From contig CP000071.1 in the NCBI GenBank assembly GCA_000002445.1, positions 1,280,001 through 1,344,000 on the forward strand: DNA of 64,000 nt, given 5' to 3'. Under the pieces are notes generated by a model that did no database searches, was not told where the DNA came from, and saw only the letters and a list, made by a program, of their open reading frames with translations. Position numbers and translations under genes: made by a program. The stretch comes from Trypanosoma brucei (Eukaryota). Positions 44,654 to 55,480 of the stretch are shown piece by piece (within the stretch, counting starts at the first letter, position 1; each line of letters opens with the position of its first letter).

Positions 44654-45367
44654 TCATCGGCCCATCACAACGTAGCGCAGCCCCGCAAGCCACCGCCACC
44701 ACGCAGAAACTAAACGAAGTCGATAATAAGCACACACTAAAATGAAAAGGGGTTTCCTCTTGACCACCCACGGGGAATCGCGCCGCTGCTGAAGGTGCAA
44801 CTGCTCAAAATACCCCGATCCAAAGCCGTGTGAGCCCTCCGATGATCTTAACGCCGCTGCGATGCGCTCCGCCTGGGCTCCCCGCCGTTTCTCCAGGGCT
44901 CGAGCTAACGCCACGTACTCAAACAGAGAAGTCGACCCCTCACGCAGTTGCTGCTCATCTTTTTCTTGCTTCCGTTTTTGTGTTGTTGTCTTACCGCGTT
45001 GCCACGGCAGATCCCAATTTGCCATGCTGAGTGGAGTGCCAGGTACAACAAACGAAGCAGCTACCGCCTCCATTTCCTCCCTGCCACCGCCTCCAGTTGA
45101 AGGGGTGTCACTTCGGTCAACATTATTGCCCTTCATTGCCTCCTTTTGTTTTCCAGCAAGGCATTGGAGGGTTTTGTATGCGGCGGTTATGTTCGCCATT
45201 ACCTCTGCAGATGACTCCGGACCATTGTTATCCGGATGGTGTTTCTTCACGAGTTCCACGTAACGCCTTCTAAGCACCCGCCGTTCAATTGGTGGAGCGG
45301 CGAAACCCATAAGTCTACATGCTTGGCCTACGCTAACACTCCGTAAAAACGTAGAGTAAGTGAACAT
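44654..45367 (-). CDS. DnaJ/J-domain protein (237 aa from the preferred start; the maximal ORF reaches 45697)
   Basis: The J domain sits at the N-terminus of the shorter form: MFTYSTFLRSVSVGQACRLMGF...YVELVKKHHPDNNG...AAYKTL (HPD motif). The 330 nt upstream of the 45367 ATG translate to non-protein-like sequence (FFFVLHVLTPCCCC). The full ORF would leave only 78 nt to the next gene. Confidence 0.6.
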   Translation of the reverse strand: MFTYSTFLRSVSVGQACRLMGFAAPPIERRVLRRRYVELVKKHHPDNNGPESSAEVMANITAAYKTLQCLAGKQKEAMKGNNVDRSDTPSTGGGGREEMEAVAASFVVPGTPLSMANWDLPWQRGKTTTQKRKQEKDEQQLREGSTSLFEYVALARALEKRRGAQAERIAAALRSSEGSHGFGSGYFEQLHLQQRRDSPWVVKRKPLFILVCAYYRLRLVSAWWRWLAGLRYVVMGR

Positions 45368-45775
45368 ATCCACGTTTGTTTTATTGTCCGCACACCTTCT
45401 CAACTCTGTGGGATCTCCGTTTTTCCACCAAGAGTCAGAGAAAAGGGGTGTGGTACAACAGCAGCACGGGGTGAGAACATGCAACACAAAGAAGAACGCA
45501 GGGACGAAAAAAGTATTAATGTTTTGGCTCCGACGAGAACATAAACGAATAGGAAATCTCAACAAGTGACCACACAACGTACTTCCATAGTTTTCTATGA
45601 ATAAAATCAACGGCCATTCTTTTTTTTTCGTTCGCACCAAAGTAGAAGAGACCGCGGCTCGTGCACCCGAAACGTTGTGTGCAAGAAGCAAAGACATACA
45701 AACGCAGACCCAGCGAAGGCATCTGTGGCTGCACCCACAAAACTAGGGAGGCCCTCGAGCTTTCCTACCAATATA

Positions 45776-46570
45776 TTACACCACAGTAAAGAGCACATCC
45801 ACACTGAGAAGTTGATACATTTGTAAAACAACGTGGTCCACACGATTAATCCATGCCTCTTCGCCAGCCTTTCCACTTTCCCCAGCCGCTGACTTTGTAT
45901 CTATTTCCAGAAGTAGCTCCATAAAACGTTGAAGTAAGTACCCTGCACGAACTGGCTCACCACAAAGAATATGAATGAGACCGATCCTCCGGTCCCGCTT
46001 TTCCGGAAGCCCACCGTATCTTCCTACCCCCAGCTGCCCCTTCTTGGCACTGCGCAGGCATGGACCCAAATAATAGTCCAGCAGGTAATCAAAACTGGCC
46101 ACATCTGCAGTGGCTATAAAATCAAAGTAAGGCCCCTCCGACATTGCGAGAGATACCTCCGATTCAGCGAAACTGCGGCTAAAACTTTCATAAGGTATGA
46201 TACGATCCTTTAGGGAAGAAAGAACTTCACCCCACGAGCTTTCGTCGCTAATGCCATTGTGTGAAAGCCCCTCCCCACGTAGAAGAGCTTCCCCAGCTAG
46301 CAGAAGTTGATCATCAGTTCCAGCATCACTTGTTCCAACATAAGTCGGTCGTGTGCCGCCTGCTGACGATCCCCCAAGAGATGAGGCAAGTCGATTGGGG
46401 TTTGCCGCATCGCGGTTCTTTTTAACATCAGTGCTGCTGGCACTTACCAAAAGATAGTTCCGTAACTGCCCACACCGTAGGGCCAGATGAGCGAATATCA
46501 TGGAGGCGGTAACAGTGCTGCTGCGATCACCGCCGTCCACAATGTGAAGGTGATAACGGCTCGCCGTCAT
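45776..46570 (-). CDS. hypothetical protein (264 aa)
   Basis: ORF with coding-like composition; no recognisable domain. Confidence 0.5.
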   Translation of the reverse strand: MTASRYHLHIVDGGDRSSTVTASMIFAHLALRCGQLRNYLLVSASSTDVKKNRDAANPNRLASSLGGSSAGGTRPTYVGTSDAGTDDQLLLAGEALLRGEGLSHNGISDESSWGEVLSSLKDRIIPYESFSRSFAESEVSLAMSEGPYFDFIATADVASFDYLLDYYLGPCLRSAKKGQLGVGRYGGLPEKRDRRIGLIHILCGEPVRAGYLLQRFMELLLEIDTKSAAGESGKAGEEAWINRVDHVVLQMYQLLSVDVLFTVV

Positions 46571-47355
46571 TTATTTAAGAGTAAATAAGTAGATGTAGGC
46601 AATGTATTTATACACGTTCCGGTTACTCCGTGTCTGCTTTTAGCTTTATTTGTTTCCTTTAGCAGTTCGTTCCCCCGAACGGTATTGGCTCGTTCCTTTA
46701 AATGTCACCGATTAACTGGCACTCGCGGAGAGTTTTTTACTGCCGGATGTGAACCTTGCTCTTGAACGCCTAAAGTTCCCTTTATTTCTCTCACTGTTTT
46801 TTTTTGAAGAGAAAAATGTGGAGCACAAAGAATTTAACAACAAAAATACATAAAACGGCAACATCGTGCAACAACATGAAGTAGAGAGTTACGAAGCCGC
46901 AAACGGAAAAATAGAATCAGATGACATAAAGCATAAAAACAAAAGTGGTGCAAATACTCCTACTATCGGGTGGACCGTACACTCGTTCTAATAGAATACA
47001 AATAAAAAAATAGCATGTTATCGATGCTCCTCTCTTTTATTAGGTTATCTCTATTTTTTTTTGTTTTCCACATTAATACAACCACTAAGCAACGGTATTG
47101 CCGACCGCTCTGCGTGCGTACGCGCAACTATGTAACAAAACATTCCATGAAGTAATGAGGGTGGGGAAAATAAACTTCACTAGACTTATATACACATAGA
47201 AATAACAAATAAACTGGAACTGACTGTGCAAACCACATGTAGATCAACCCTGTCATAATCACTTGGACGGAGCAGCAGGTGCAGAGTTGTGTCCACCTCC
47301 ACCGCAAAGTCACGCACGAGAAAACACGCAACCACCACCTCGCAATGCAGAAGCT

Positions 47356-48732
47356 TTACTTTGGGGCGTCGCGACGGGATGGAAGTAAAACGGTAAGCGG
47401 CGCGGTTTTTTGACTTCCTTTTCGGTTACTGTCCTCACCAGCTCCGGTTTGGGCGCGATTTGTTGGAGGAGAGGTCCATTGGGAGTAGTGAACAACTGCA
47501 GGGGCCTCCACAAACCATAACCTTTGACGATACGGCGATTGTCCTCCGGTGTCAACAAGACGGAGGCGAGGGTTTGGGGGGGCTTCTTGTACTCCCATCG
47601 CTTCTCGTGCCGCACAAGCAATTCCCGAAGTTTTGGGGCGCCACGTGCACTTTTTACTATCCATATTTTGTTTCTTCGGGGAGGAACAGAAGGTCGTATC
47701 CGGAAAGGTTACACTAGCTTCAGAATCCTGCAGCCGCCCAACTTCACATCGTAACGGTGACTTTTTACACACGTTCAACTCTTTACCGGTGGCCGCCAGT
47801 TGAAACGGCACCTCCTTTTCACTACGGTAATTTGCATGGTATCGCGTCTCCTGAGTTTTGACATCCGCATGACATCCAGGTGTTACTTTGCCCTCATCAA
47901 GCGGAAATTTTTCGTTTGCTTGTTTCAGCGGCCGCTGCGAGCCGTTTAGCCTCAGCCGCCCCTCGCGCCGTTCACGTACTAAAGAACAGAGAGCTGCGCT
48001 CCTCTCCCTTAGAGCCACAACCAACGCATGATACTCTTTATACCCAATACGACTCTCTCCCGACGGTGTTTCCATAGACTCAAACTGTTTTTGGTTATTT
48101 TCCGTGAGTAACATTAGAGCGGAGGAAATTCCAGAAACCGCATCGACAAATGCCTCAACTGCGACTGCGGTTACATCCTCCCGCTCAGACCTTCGCAGCG
48201 GTTCAGAAATGACACAATTCAACCCATCGGCAGCCGTCGTCGCTCCCAACCCGGGGTTTGAGACGGCTGCGTGACCGGTGGGGCACACGGCTTCAAAACC
48301 GCAGCAGCAACCGACACCGATTTCGGTATTTGGGGAAGGGCTGGAGTTGGCGGAAGAGAAGTGGCGGCTTTTCTTATCTGGCACGAGATGTTGAATACTT
48401 TGGAGTGGTGCAGAACACGTCTCGGCCGTTTCCTCCAGAAATGACTGCTGACGCTGCTCGCCAGCTTGTTGTTCTGAGTTCAAATCCTCTGAAGCGCCCA
48501 CAGCACCAAACCCGGAGCCGCAGCGACTCCCCCCGAGTTCTTCATGCGTTGCGGCATTACGGTGCCACCCTCTCCATGACCGGAGTGGGCTCGGCGCGAA
48601 GCCCGCAACATTATCTTGCATTCGTCTTTTCTGCTCAAAAGGAACGAGGCGCGGAAAACGATGAGGAAAGTAAATGTTGGAATTGAGAAACGCTTCACGC
48701 AGCAGAGACATTTGATGTCCATCAATAAACAA
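47356..48732 (-). CDS. hypothetical protein (458 aa)
   Basis: Long minus-strand ORF in register with the neighbouring genes; no recognisable domain. Confidence 0.5.
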   Translation of the reverse strand: MFIDGHQMSLLREAFLNSNIYFPHRFPRLVPFEQKRRMQDNVAGFAPSPLRSWRGWHRNAATHEELGGSRCGSGFGAVGASEDLNSEQQAGEQRQQSFLEETAETCSAPLQSIQHLVPDKKSRHFSSANSSPSPNTEIGVGCCCGFEAVCPTGHAAVSNPGLGATTAADGLNCVISEPLRRSEREDVTAVAVEAFVDAVSGISSALMLLTENNQKQFESMETPSGESRIGYKEYHALVVALRERSAALCSLVRERREGRLRLNGSQRPLKQANEKFPLDEGKVTPGCHADVKTQETRYHANYRSEKEVPFQLAATGKELNVCKKSPLRCEVGRLQDSEASVTFPDTTFCSSPKKQNMDSKKCTWRPKTSGIACAAREAMGVQEAPPNPRLRLVDTGGQSPYRQRLWFVEAPAVVHYSQWTSPPTNRAQTGAGEDSNRKGSQKTAPLTVLLPSRRDAPK

Positions 48733-48820
48733 TCAAGCGAGTAGCGACTCAAATAAACGGTAATAAGAAAACAAAGAAAAAAATTAAAGCTGTATATGTG
48801 CGAAGGTACCGGTACAGCAA

Positions 48821-48846
48821 CACACATACACACACACACACACACA
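48821..48846. repeat. (CA)n microsatellite; a second (CA)n lies at 49016-49035
   Basis: cacacatacacacacacacacacaca. Confidence 0.9.
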
Positions 48847-50712
48847 AATGACGAAAAGAGGGGTGAGGGAATAAGTTTTAAAAACAACAACAACAACACC
48901 AAACAAACAAACGGAGACATATAATAAATAATAACAATAACAGCGGAAGCAAAGAAAGGTAATATGCGGCATAGCCTCTGTTTCCCCTCGGACCCCTGTT
49001 ACCTTGTAGACATCACCACACACACACACACACATGCAACACACACGTCTCCCTCCCGTTTGCTTTCACACAAGCATGCACATACATCAGCAAATACACG
49101 TGTGCAGGTTGAGCGAAAAGTGTTAACATAAAGCATTGTGCCAATACCAAACGAGGGAATGGAGTTAACACAGCAATGACACGACTGGCAACATAAACTG
49201 CCGCTACCGCTACGTTACAGAGCGAATCCCGCTGTGCACAGCCTTCCTCTGAGCAAAGCAAGCTTCAAGTGAGATAATATTAACTGCAATAATAACCCAA
49301 CACACAAACATTAGCCATACATGTGAAACGAAAGATAAAAGGTTTGCTCCCACACTGTCATCAAAGTCGAGTCGAAGGCTACTGATGTGCGCCCTTAATA
49401 ACGGTTGCCATCTATTATTATTATTTTTTTTCTTGTCTCTCTCTCCCATCCCTCCAGTGCCATCTTAACACACATGCACACAACTATTTTCTCGCTGCAC
49501 GTTTTACTTGCTTTGGTTTAATATGGTAATCTTACAGGGAGTCAAATCAATGTTTCATTGATCCTTCCCTTTTTTCCCCCCTTCACACATCTCTGCTTCG
49601 TTGTTTTTCCGCAACTTCTTCCACACACTTGCTTCCCTCCCCCCTTTACCTCCCTCCCTAAACATCACACGCATAAGCACACATACAGATATATATATAT
49701 ATAAGTGCGCGTCCGCAACAAAGAGAAAAATCCACATATACATACACAAATGCATACATATATATAAATATGAATATATTGAAAGATTTAGAAGGTGTTA
49801 ATGGCCGCTGCGCGTTACAACAAGAAGTGACGCCGAAGTTCCCCCACCCGTACAACTTTTTTCCCCTCCACCCCGTTCCTTCCTTCACTCGACCATGCGT
49901 GTCATATCATCATCATTGTTCCCGTCACACCTCTGACAAAAAGATGTACTTAGAGGAATGAGGAAAGAAAAGTGGAAAAAAAAAACATATATATATATAC
50001 GTGAAGCTCCGATACAGTAAATATTCCTTCGCCCTCTCCCCCCCTCTTTCTCAGTAAGTTTCAGTGAAAGGTGGTTTTAAAAAAAAATATTATAAACAAC
50101 AGCGAAAAAAAAAGAGAAAAAAGGTAAAGGTAAAGGTGTCGGGTAGTGGTTGTGGCGGTAACATTTATCGACCACAGGTACGAAAACCTTAGCGGTATGA
50201 TGATGTGAACAACCCGCGAAGAAACAAAAAATCCTTTTTAAGGAAATTAAAAAGGAAAACAAAGAACAGAAATATCTATAAATATACAAACAAGTTGAAG
50301 CAAATGTCCCGTTTTCACACCGCTCAATCCGACGCCTACCACCCTGTGGACAACTGAAGTTCAACGCATTAAACCAGAGTTGGTGGACATACGGAAAGGA
50401 GCCCTCGAAGGGTGTAAAAAAAAAAAATTGAGAAGAAGGTGGAATGTCGGGTGGAGTGGAAAGTAAATCCTTCAGTTGGTTTTAATCAAACGACAAAAAA
50501 CGAAAGGGAAAGGAAGGGAAAGGGGTAAACGGCATCCGCGCGCACAAGCGAACGAGCAGGTTCTGTTACTGAGGAAGCAAAAAAGAGCGAAACAAGAAAA
50601 AGAAAAAGCACTTTTCGCCAAATCTTGCGATCAGGTAAGAACAGGAGCAACAGAAATACACGCATGTGAAAGTAAACAAATCAGCAGATGATGTGTATAC
50701 AAACGTGCGTAC

Positions 50713-50715
<3 letters not shown>

Positions 50716-50764
<49 letters not shown>
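50716..50764. repeat. compound microsatellite (AT)n(GT)n followed by an AAATAAATAAATTTATTTATTT palindrome
   Basis: Read directly at 50716-50791. Confidence 0.95.
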
Positions 50765-51171
50765 CTACAAATAAATAAATTTATTTATTTTTCCTTGTAT
50801 GCGCAGCCATAAACGGAGGGCAGAGAAAAAAAAAATGTCAGGGATGGAGGAGCGAATGCGAGGAAAATTGCCCCGCCGCCGTTACCACCACTCACTTGTA
50901 ATGCTTCATTGGATGCTCCCTTGCACAGGCAACCACGCACCTACACGTTCGTACAACTCTCAACACCTCCGCCACCACCAGCGAAACCACCAAACACATC
51001 AACAGATTTCAATCTGCCAACAAAATAGAAGTAAAGAAGGACGAAACCAAGAGACATGATGCAAAGTCGCTCCCCTCCCAACCAACGCCCTGCTTCACAT
51101 CTTGCCATCCACCTTCTGATTTTTTGGTTGTGGCCCTTCGTCGTACCACCCACTCTTATTACAATCTGGAT

Positions 51172-53421
51172 TTATTTAGATTTCTCAAACGCAGCAAAGG
51201 CCTCCTTAGCAGTTTCGCCGTACTTTGTCGTTAAATGTGACTTGAACTTGTCGAAGGCATCTTTTGGAGAAACGAAAGGCCGAACTGCCTTTAAGAAGTC
51301 CTCAAAGGCTCTCTCCGGCGTTCGACCAAGAGATTGCCACGCCACAAATACCTCTTCTAGTAGCTGGTGAAGGGGTTGCTTTGAATTTACCATCCTCTTC
51401 AGCGTCTCCTTGTGCTCACGGCAGAGATGCTCCACGTCAAATCGAACAAAGGTAAAGAAAGCCGATATGAGGCAGCACTGATGGTGGAGGGACCGCGAAA
51501 TGGGACCATTCAAAAGAGGAACATTCTTTGCTCCGTCTGCATCACATAACTGGTTGAAGAATTCCACCTCCGTGTCATATGTGGTAAATTGCCTCAAAAT
51601 GTCGTCTGATTCATCCACCACTGTACCTGACAGAAGCGGAGGAGAATACCGCAGCAGTGCCGGTAGTACACGGAAGCGGGACTTCGGGTCGTAATCGGCG
51701 TTGCTGTTTTTCGGCCCCTCGCTGAGAACAGCTTGAACTTCTTTGAGCATATTGGCTATGTGGTCGCGGCTTCCCCCGCAGTCAACGAGCATATCCAGGA
51801 AATCTGTATGGAAGGAAAGTGGGAACACACTACGACCTCCCTTTATAACAATTGCCCAGTTATGGAAGTACTTCGGAAGGTCGGTAAAGATATCTTGCTC
51901 GACTGCATCCCTGAGATGCTTACGGAGCGCTTGTCTCACTTCACTGACAGGTAGCACCCTCGCGTTCCCCAATTTCTCGAACAACTCGCCGAGCCGAGCG
52001 CGTTGATCTGCATATCGCATTGTTGTGATATAGCGGTGAATAATGGAGGAACAGTATGCTATGCGTGTCTCCTCTGGGATGTCTGCCAATAGCAACGACA
52101 CCTCCTCCAAACTTTCAGCTGTGAAGTACTTGTCCATGGCCGCCCAAAACTTATCCCGGGACGGAACAGGCTTAAGCGGGGGCGGTATCGGTGGCAAAGG
52201 GTGTCGTTCACGCTCGCTATCACCCGTCCCTGTCACGTTACCTCCTCGGTCTCCTGAACTTCGCGCCGCTGCCGCAGCGGCCCCATGACGCGGCACCCAA
52301 TTATTATCTATTGTCTCAAGTGTGTTTAGCAATAGGAACTGAATGCGCCGCTGGGGGTGAGTGTGCATGAGGTCCTGAAGCACGGAGCGAAAGTGCGGCA
52401 CGAGCTCCGCACCCTCTTTGGAAAAATCTTTCCCGCACGTCAGAAGGAGATTCATGAAATGGATTATTTCGTAATCAGCGGGTATACGTCGTTTCGTCTC
52501 CGGACCGTACAAAAGCCACTGAAGGATCTGCAAGACTACCTTCTCGCGCACGAGACCGTGTGTGAAGAGGAGACCCAGAAAATTGATGTTTGCCTTCTGC
52601 TTCGCGGCGAAGTTCATTCGGCGTTGCTCCGCCTCATCCTCAGGAAGGCCCGCAATCTCCCGCTCCAGCTTTCCTTGAGCATCATCAGCCTTCTCAAACA
52701 TATTCTGTGACTGCCTAATAATTGCACTGCGAATGCGTCGACCCGCAGGTTCGTTGTCACCGATGCTACTGATCAAGTGAGCAATCAGCTTAACATAAAG
52801 CTGTACAAAGATGCTGTCCTCCGGTTGAATGGACTTGTGAAAAATCACCCTAATAACCTCTTCAATTTCTTCATCGTCGGATTGACGAATGGGAAGATTG
52901 GTCAACTCCTTCTTCATAAGTTCAATGTTGTCTTCACTTACTTTCCCGAGAATACCTAGTACCTCGTTGTGCAACTTCCGCTCACTCATCACCTTAGAAG
53001 GCGCAGACTCCCCCTGGAAGAGGTCCTCGCGGGAGAATATATGCTCGGGCTTGTTGACGTTGTTCTCTGGCATCTCCTTCCACAAATCCGTTGCGAATTG
53101 GAGAATGCCCTTGGGTGGCAAACATTTTGTGTTCTGCAATCTGGTAAACTCAGCGATCTCGTAGACGCAGTCTTCCGGGTAGCTGGACACTGGGGACTCG
53201 GCGGTTCCAGGGGCAGGAGCCGATGTGCGGTCAAAAATACCTGCCGATGGAGACGGAGCCGCCTGGTGGTGGAGGGGTGAGCCGCTGTTGACGCCCCGAC
53301 CGAGTCCGGCCCGATGAAAGCCAATTCCACGACCTGTGGGTCGCTGAAACGAGGAGGGCCCTTGCGTTAATGGTGCAGACCCTATGCGAGGGGGAACAAC
53401 AGGTGCGGCGCGGTGCTCCAT
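51172..53421 (-). CDS. EIF4G5: MIF4G-domain protein, eIF4G-like translation initiation factor (749 aa); candidate EIF4G5
   Basis: Central HEAT-repeat MIF4G-like block (VIRVIFHKSIQPEDSIFVQLYVKLIAHL ... NFLGLLFTHGLVREKVVLQILQWLL ... FMNLLLTCGKDF). Gly/Pro-rich N-terminus. Its size and its position relative to uridine phosphorylase match my recollection of T. brucei EIF4G5; not verified here. Confidence 0.6.
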   Translation of the reverse strand: MEHRAAPVVPPRIGSAPLTQGPSSFQRPTGRGIGFHRAGLGRGVNSGSPLHHQAAPSPSAGIFDRTSAPAPGTAESPVSSYPEDCVYEIAEFTRLQNTKCLPPKGILQFATDLWKEMPENNVNKPEHIFSREDLFQGESAPSKVMSERKLHNEVLGILGKVSEDNIELMKKELTNLPIRQSDDEEIEEVIRVIFHKSIQPEDSIFVQLYVKLIAHLISSIGDNEPAGRRIRSAIIRQSQNMFEKADDAQGKLEREIAGLPEDEAEQRRMNFAAKQKANINFLGLLFTHGLVREKVVLQILQWLLYGPETKRRIPADYEIIHFMNLLLTCGKDFSKEGAELVPHFRSVLQDLMHTHPQRRIQFLLLNTLETIDNNWVPRHGAAAAAARSSGDRGGNVTGTGDSERERHPLPPIPPPLKPVPSRDKFWAAMDKYFTAESLEEVSLLLADIPEETRIAYCSSIIHRYITTMRYADQRARLGELFEKLGNARVLPVSEVRQALRKHLRDAVEQDIFTDLPKYFHNWAIVIKGGRSVFPLSFHTDFLDMLVDCGGSRDHIANMLKEVQAVLSEGPKNSNADYDPKSRFRVLPALLRYSPPLLSGTVVDESDDILRQFTTYDTEVEFFNQLCDADGAKNVPLLNGPISRSLHHQCCLISAFFTFVRFDVEHLCREHKETLKRMVNSKQPLHQLLEEVFVAWQSLGRTPERAFEDFLKAVRPFVSPKDAFDKFKSHLTTKYGETAKEAFAAFEKSK

Positions 53422-55480
53422 CGTAGTTGATATCGCTTGTATTCCAGTGATGCAGTTGTAGCTCCACTCCCCGTATGTATATGTCTATTTTGTATATGTA
53501 GGTCCCTCTTCTATCACTTACCCGATTCCCTCTCCCCTCTTCTCACGTATGAACGACCCCGACCTTTTTAAATGAAATGCCCCCTGTGGGTGAGCCGAGC
53601 AACTCGAATGGACGCGTGTGTCCCTCGCCTAGTAGGCACAATTGCTACTCGTTTAGTCCTTATACCGGCTAAAATGTTGATCACTATGCACTGTCCGAAT
53701 AACTTGTCAGAAGACTCCCTGGTTGTTTGTTGTTATTCCACAAGCACCTCTTCGTCAGATTCTGCGTACCTCCTTCCCCTTTCCTCTCTCTTCTGTTGTT
53801 CCTTACTCACTAACTGCTGCTTAGTTCTTCCCTTGAACCCAACTATAACTTCCTTCTTCCGCACTGCAGCTCCGCAAACGTGCCACGCTGTCCCTGTATA
53901 TATATGCGTGTGCGCACTTATGTGTGTTTCCGTCCTTGAGTCTATTAATCCTTCCTCCCCAGAACACAACTAATACTTTTAATGCCTCTTTTCCACTGCT
54001 TCCCTCACTTACCCTCGTCTCTTCCTTACACGGACTGTGTCTTATTAACTGGGAATGTGACGTTCCTTCACCCAGCGCCAGGGGTACGCGCTTGCCCTTC
54101 CCTTGTCCCCTAAAAAGATCTTCTTCCCTTTCTTTTTAAATCAATCCTTGATTTTCTTTTATTCTTTTTTCCTTCTTTTTCCCTCTTTCGAAAAAAAAAT
54201 ATTAACCTCCTCTTACCTTCCTTCCCACAGGCCAACTTTTTTTTTCCGCCGGCCCTGCGGTCTGTTATTCCCTCTTGGCTTCTCCTTTTCCTATGGGAGT
54301 ACCTCTGTTTACTGTGCCTCTTCCCTCTTATATTTCCTTTTCGATCTTTACTTCTTATTCCTTATTTCTCTTTCCTCGATTGTTCTTTTATGTCCCTGCC
54401 GATGTTGTTTTACCCACCTCTAGTTCCCTTTTCCCAGTCACCTCTGACAGGTCAATAACCAAAAGATGTTAAAAACAGAAACGAAAACCCAAGGATAAAA
54501 TCGAATGACACCTAGACAAAAAAAGATAAAAAGAACTATTTAGTGTTCAAAAACAAATGTTGGAAAGAGAAAGATGGAGAGAAGCTGTCCACGTTCGACA
54601 GTGCAGCACTGTAAAGGTATAAGAGCCAAACATAAATTACACTAAAAGAAGGGATTATTCCCCTCTTTTTTTTTTGTCGGACCACAATGGTAGTGAAAAC
54701 ACGGATAACTTCCAAATCGTGGTTCGCATTTGCATTTTACAAAACGGGGCCTCACGGCACTGACGGAAGGCCCACACGTCCAGTCACCGGGTTTGGGGAA
54801 AAACAGGTGGAAAGGAAGAAAATATAAGCATGAATATAACATAATATAACATGAATGGTTATGCGTGTTTGCACATTATATTGTACAGTCTGGAACCATT
54901 CTCCTTTACTCCCCCCCCCCGTACGACCACTTGGAACAGTTGAAAGGGAGTTTTGGACCGGTTCGTACCCCTCCTTTTCACAGCTCCATAAATTCAGAGG
55001 TACCCACAGCGAACTTCGTGAGATCCTCTTTTTTCTTTTTGTTTTACTTGTTTGTTTCATTGCGCTTTCAGTAACTGAAGAAGCACTTCATCAGACAATG
55101 AACACGTGAAAAGGAAAGGGAAACGAAGGAGGAATAAAAATAAAAAGTGGAAGAAAGTCAGAAGTACCAGCGCCTTGTGAAGCTGTCAGTGAAAGACCCT
55201 CACTCAGTGTGTGGCACCACGATGTGGGAGAAATGAAAAGCAAATGGGAAAAACAAAATTAAACAAAACAAGAGCAACTTCTTCTCCTGTTCAAATTACG
55301 GAAACACACACTTTTCCTCTGCCGCCACACCCAATTCACATATCTTCCAGTACGTCTCACATAACATCAAATATGAAACGAAACTACGGATGGAAACTCA
55401 CGACGAAAATAAAAAAAAGAGTTGCGGAGTGTGTGTATGGGAGGGAGGGAAGTGCATCCCAAACCGAAACAGTTGGCTGC

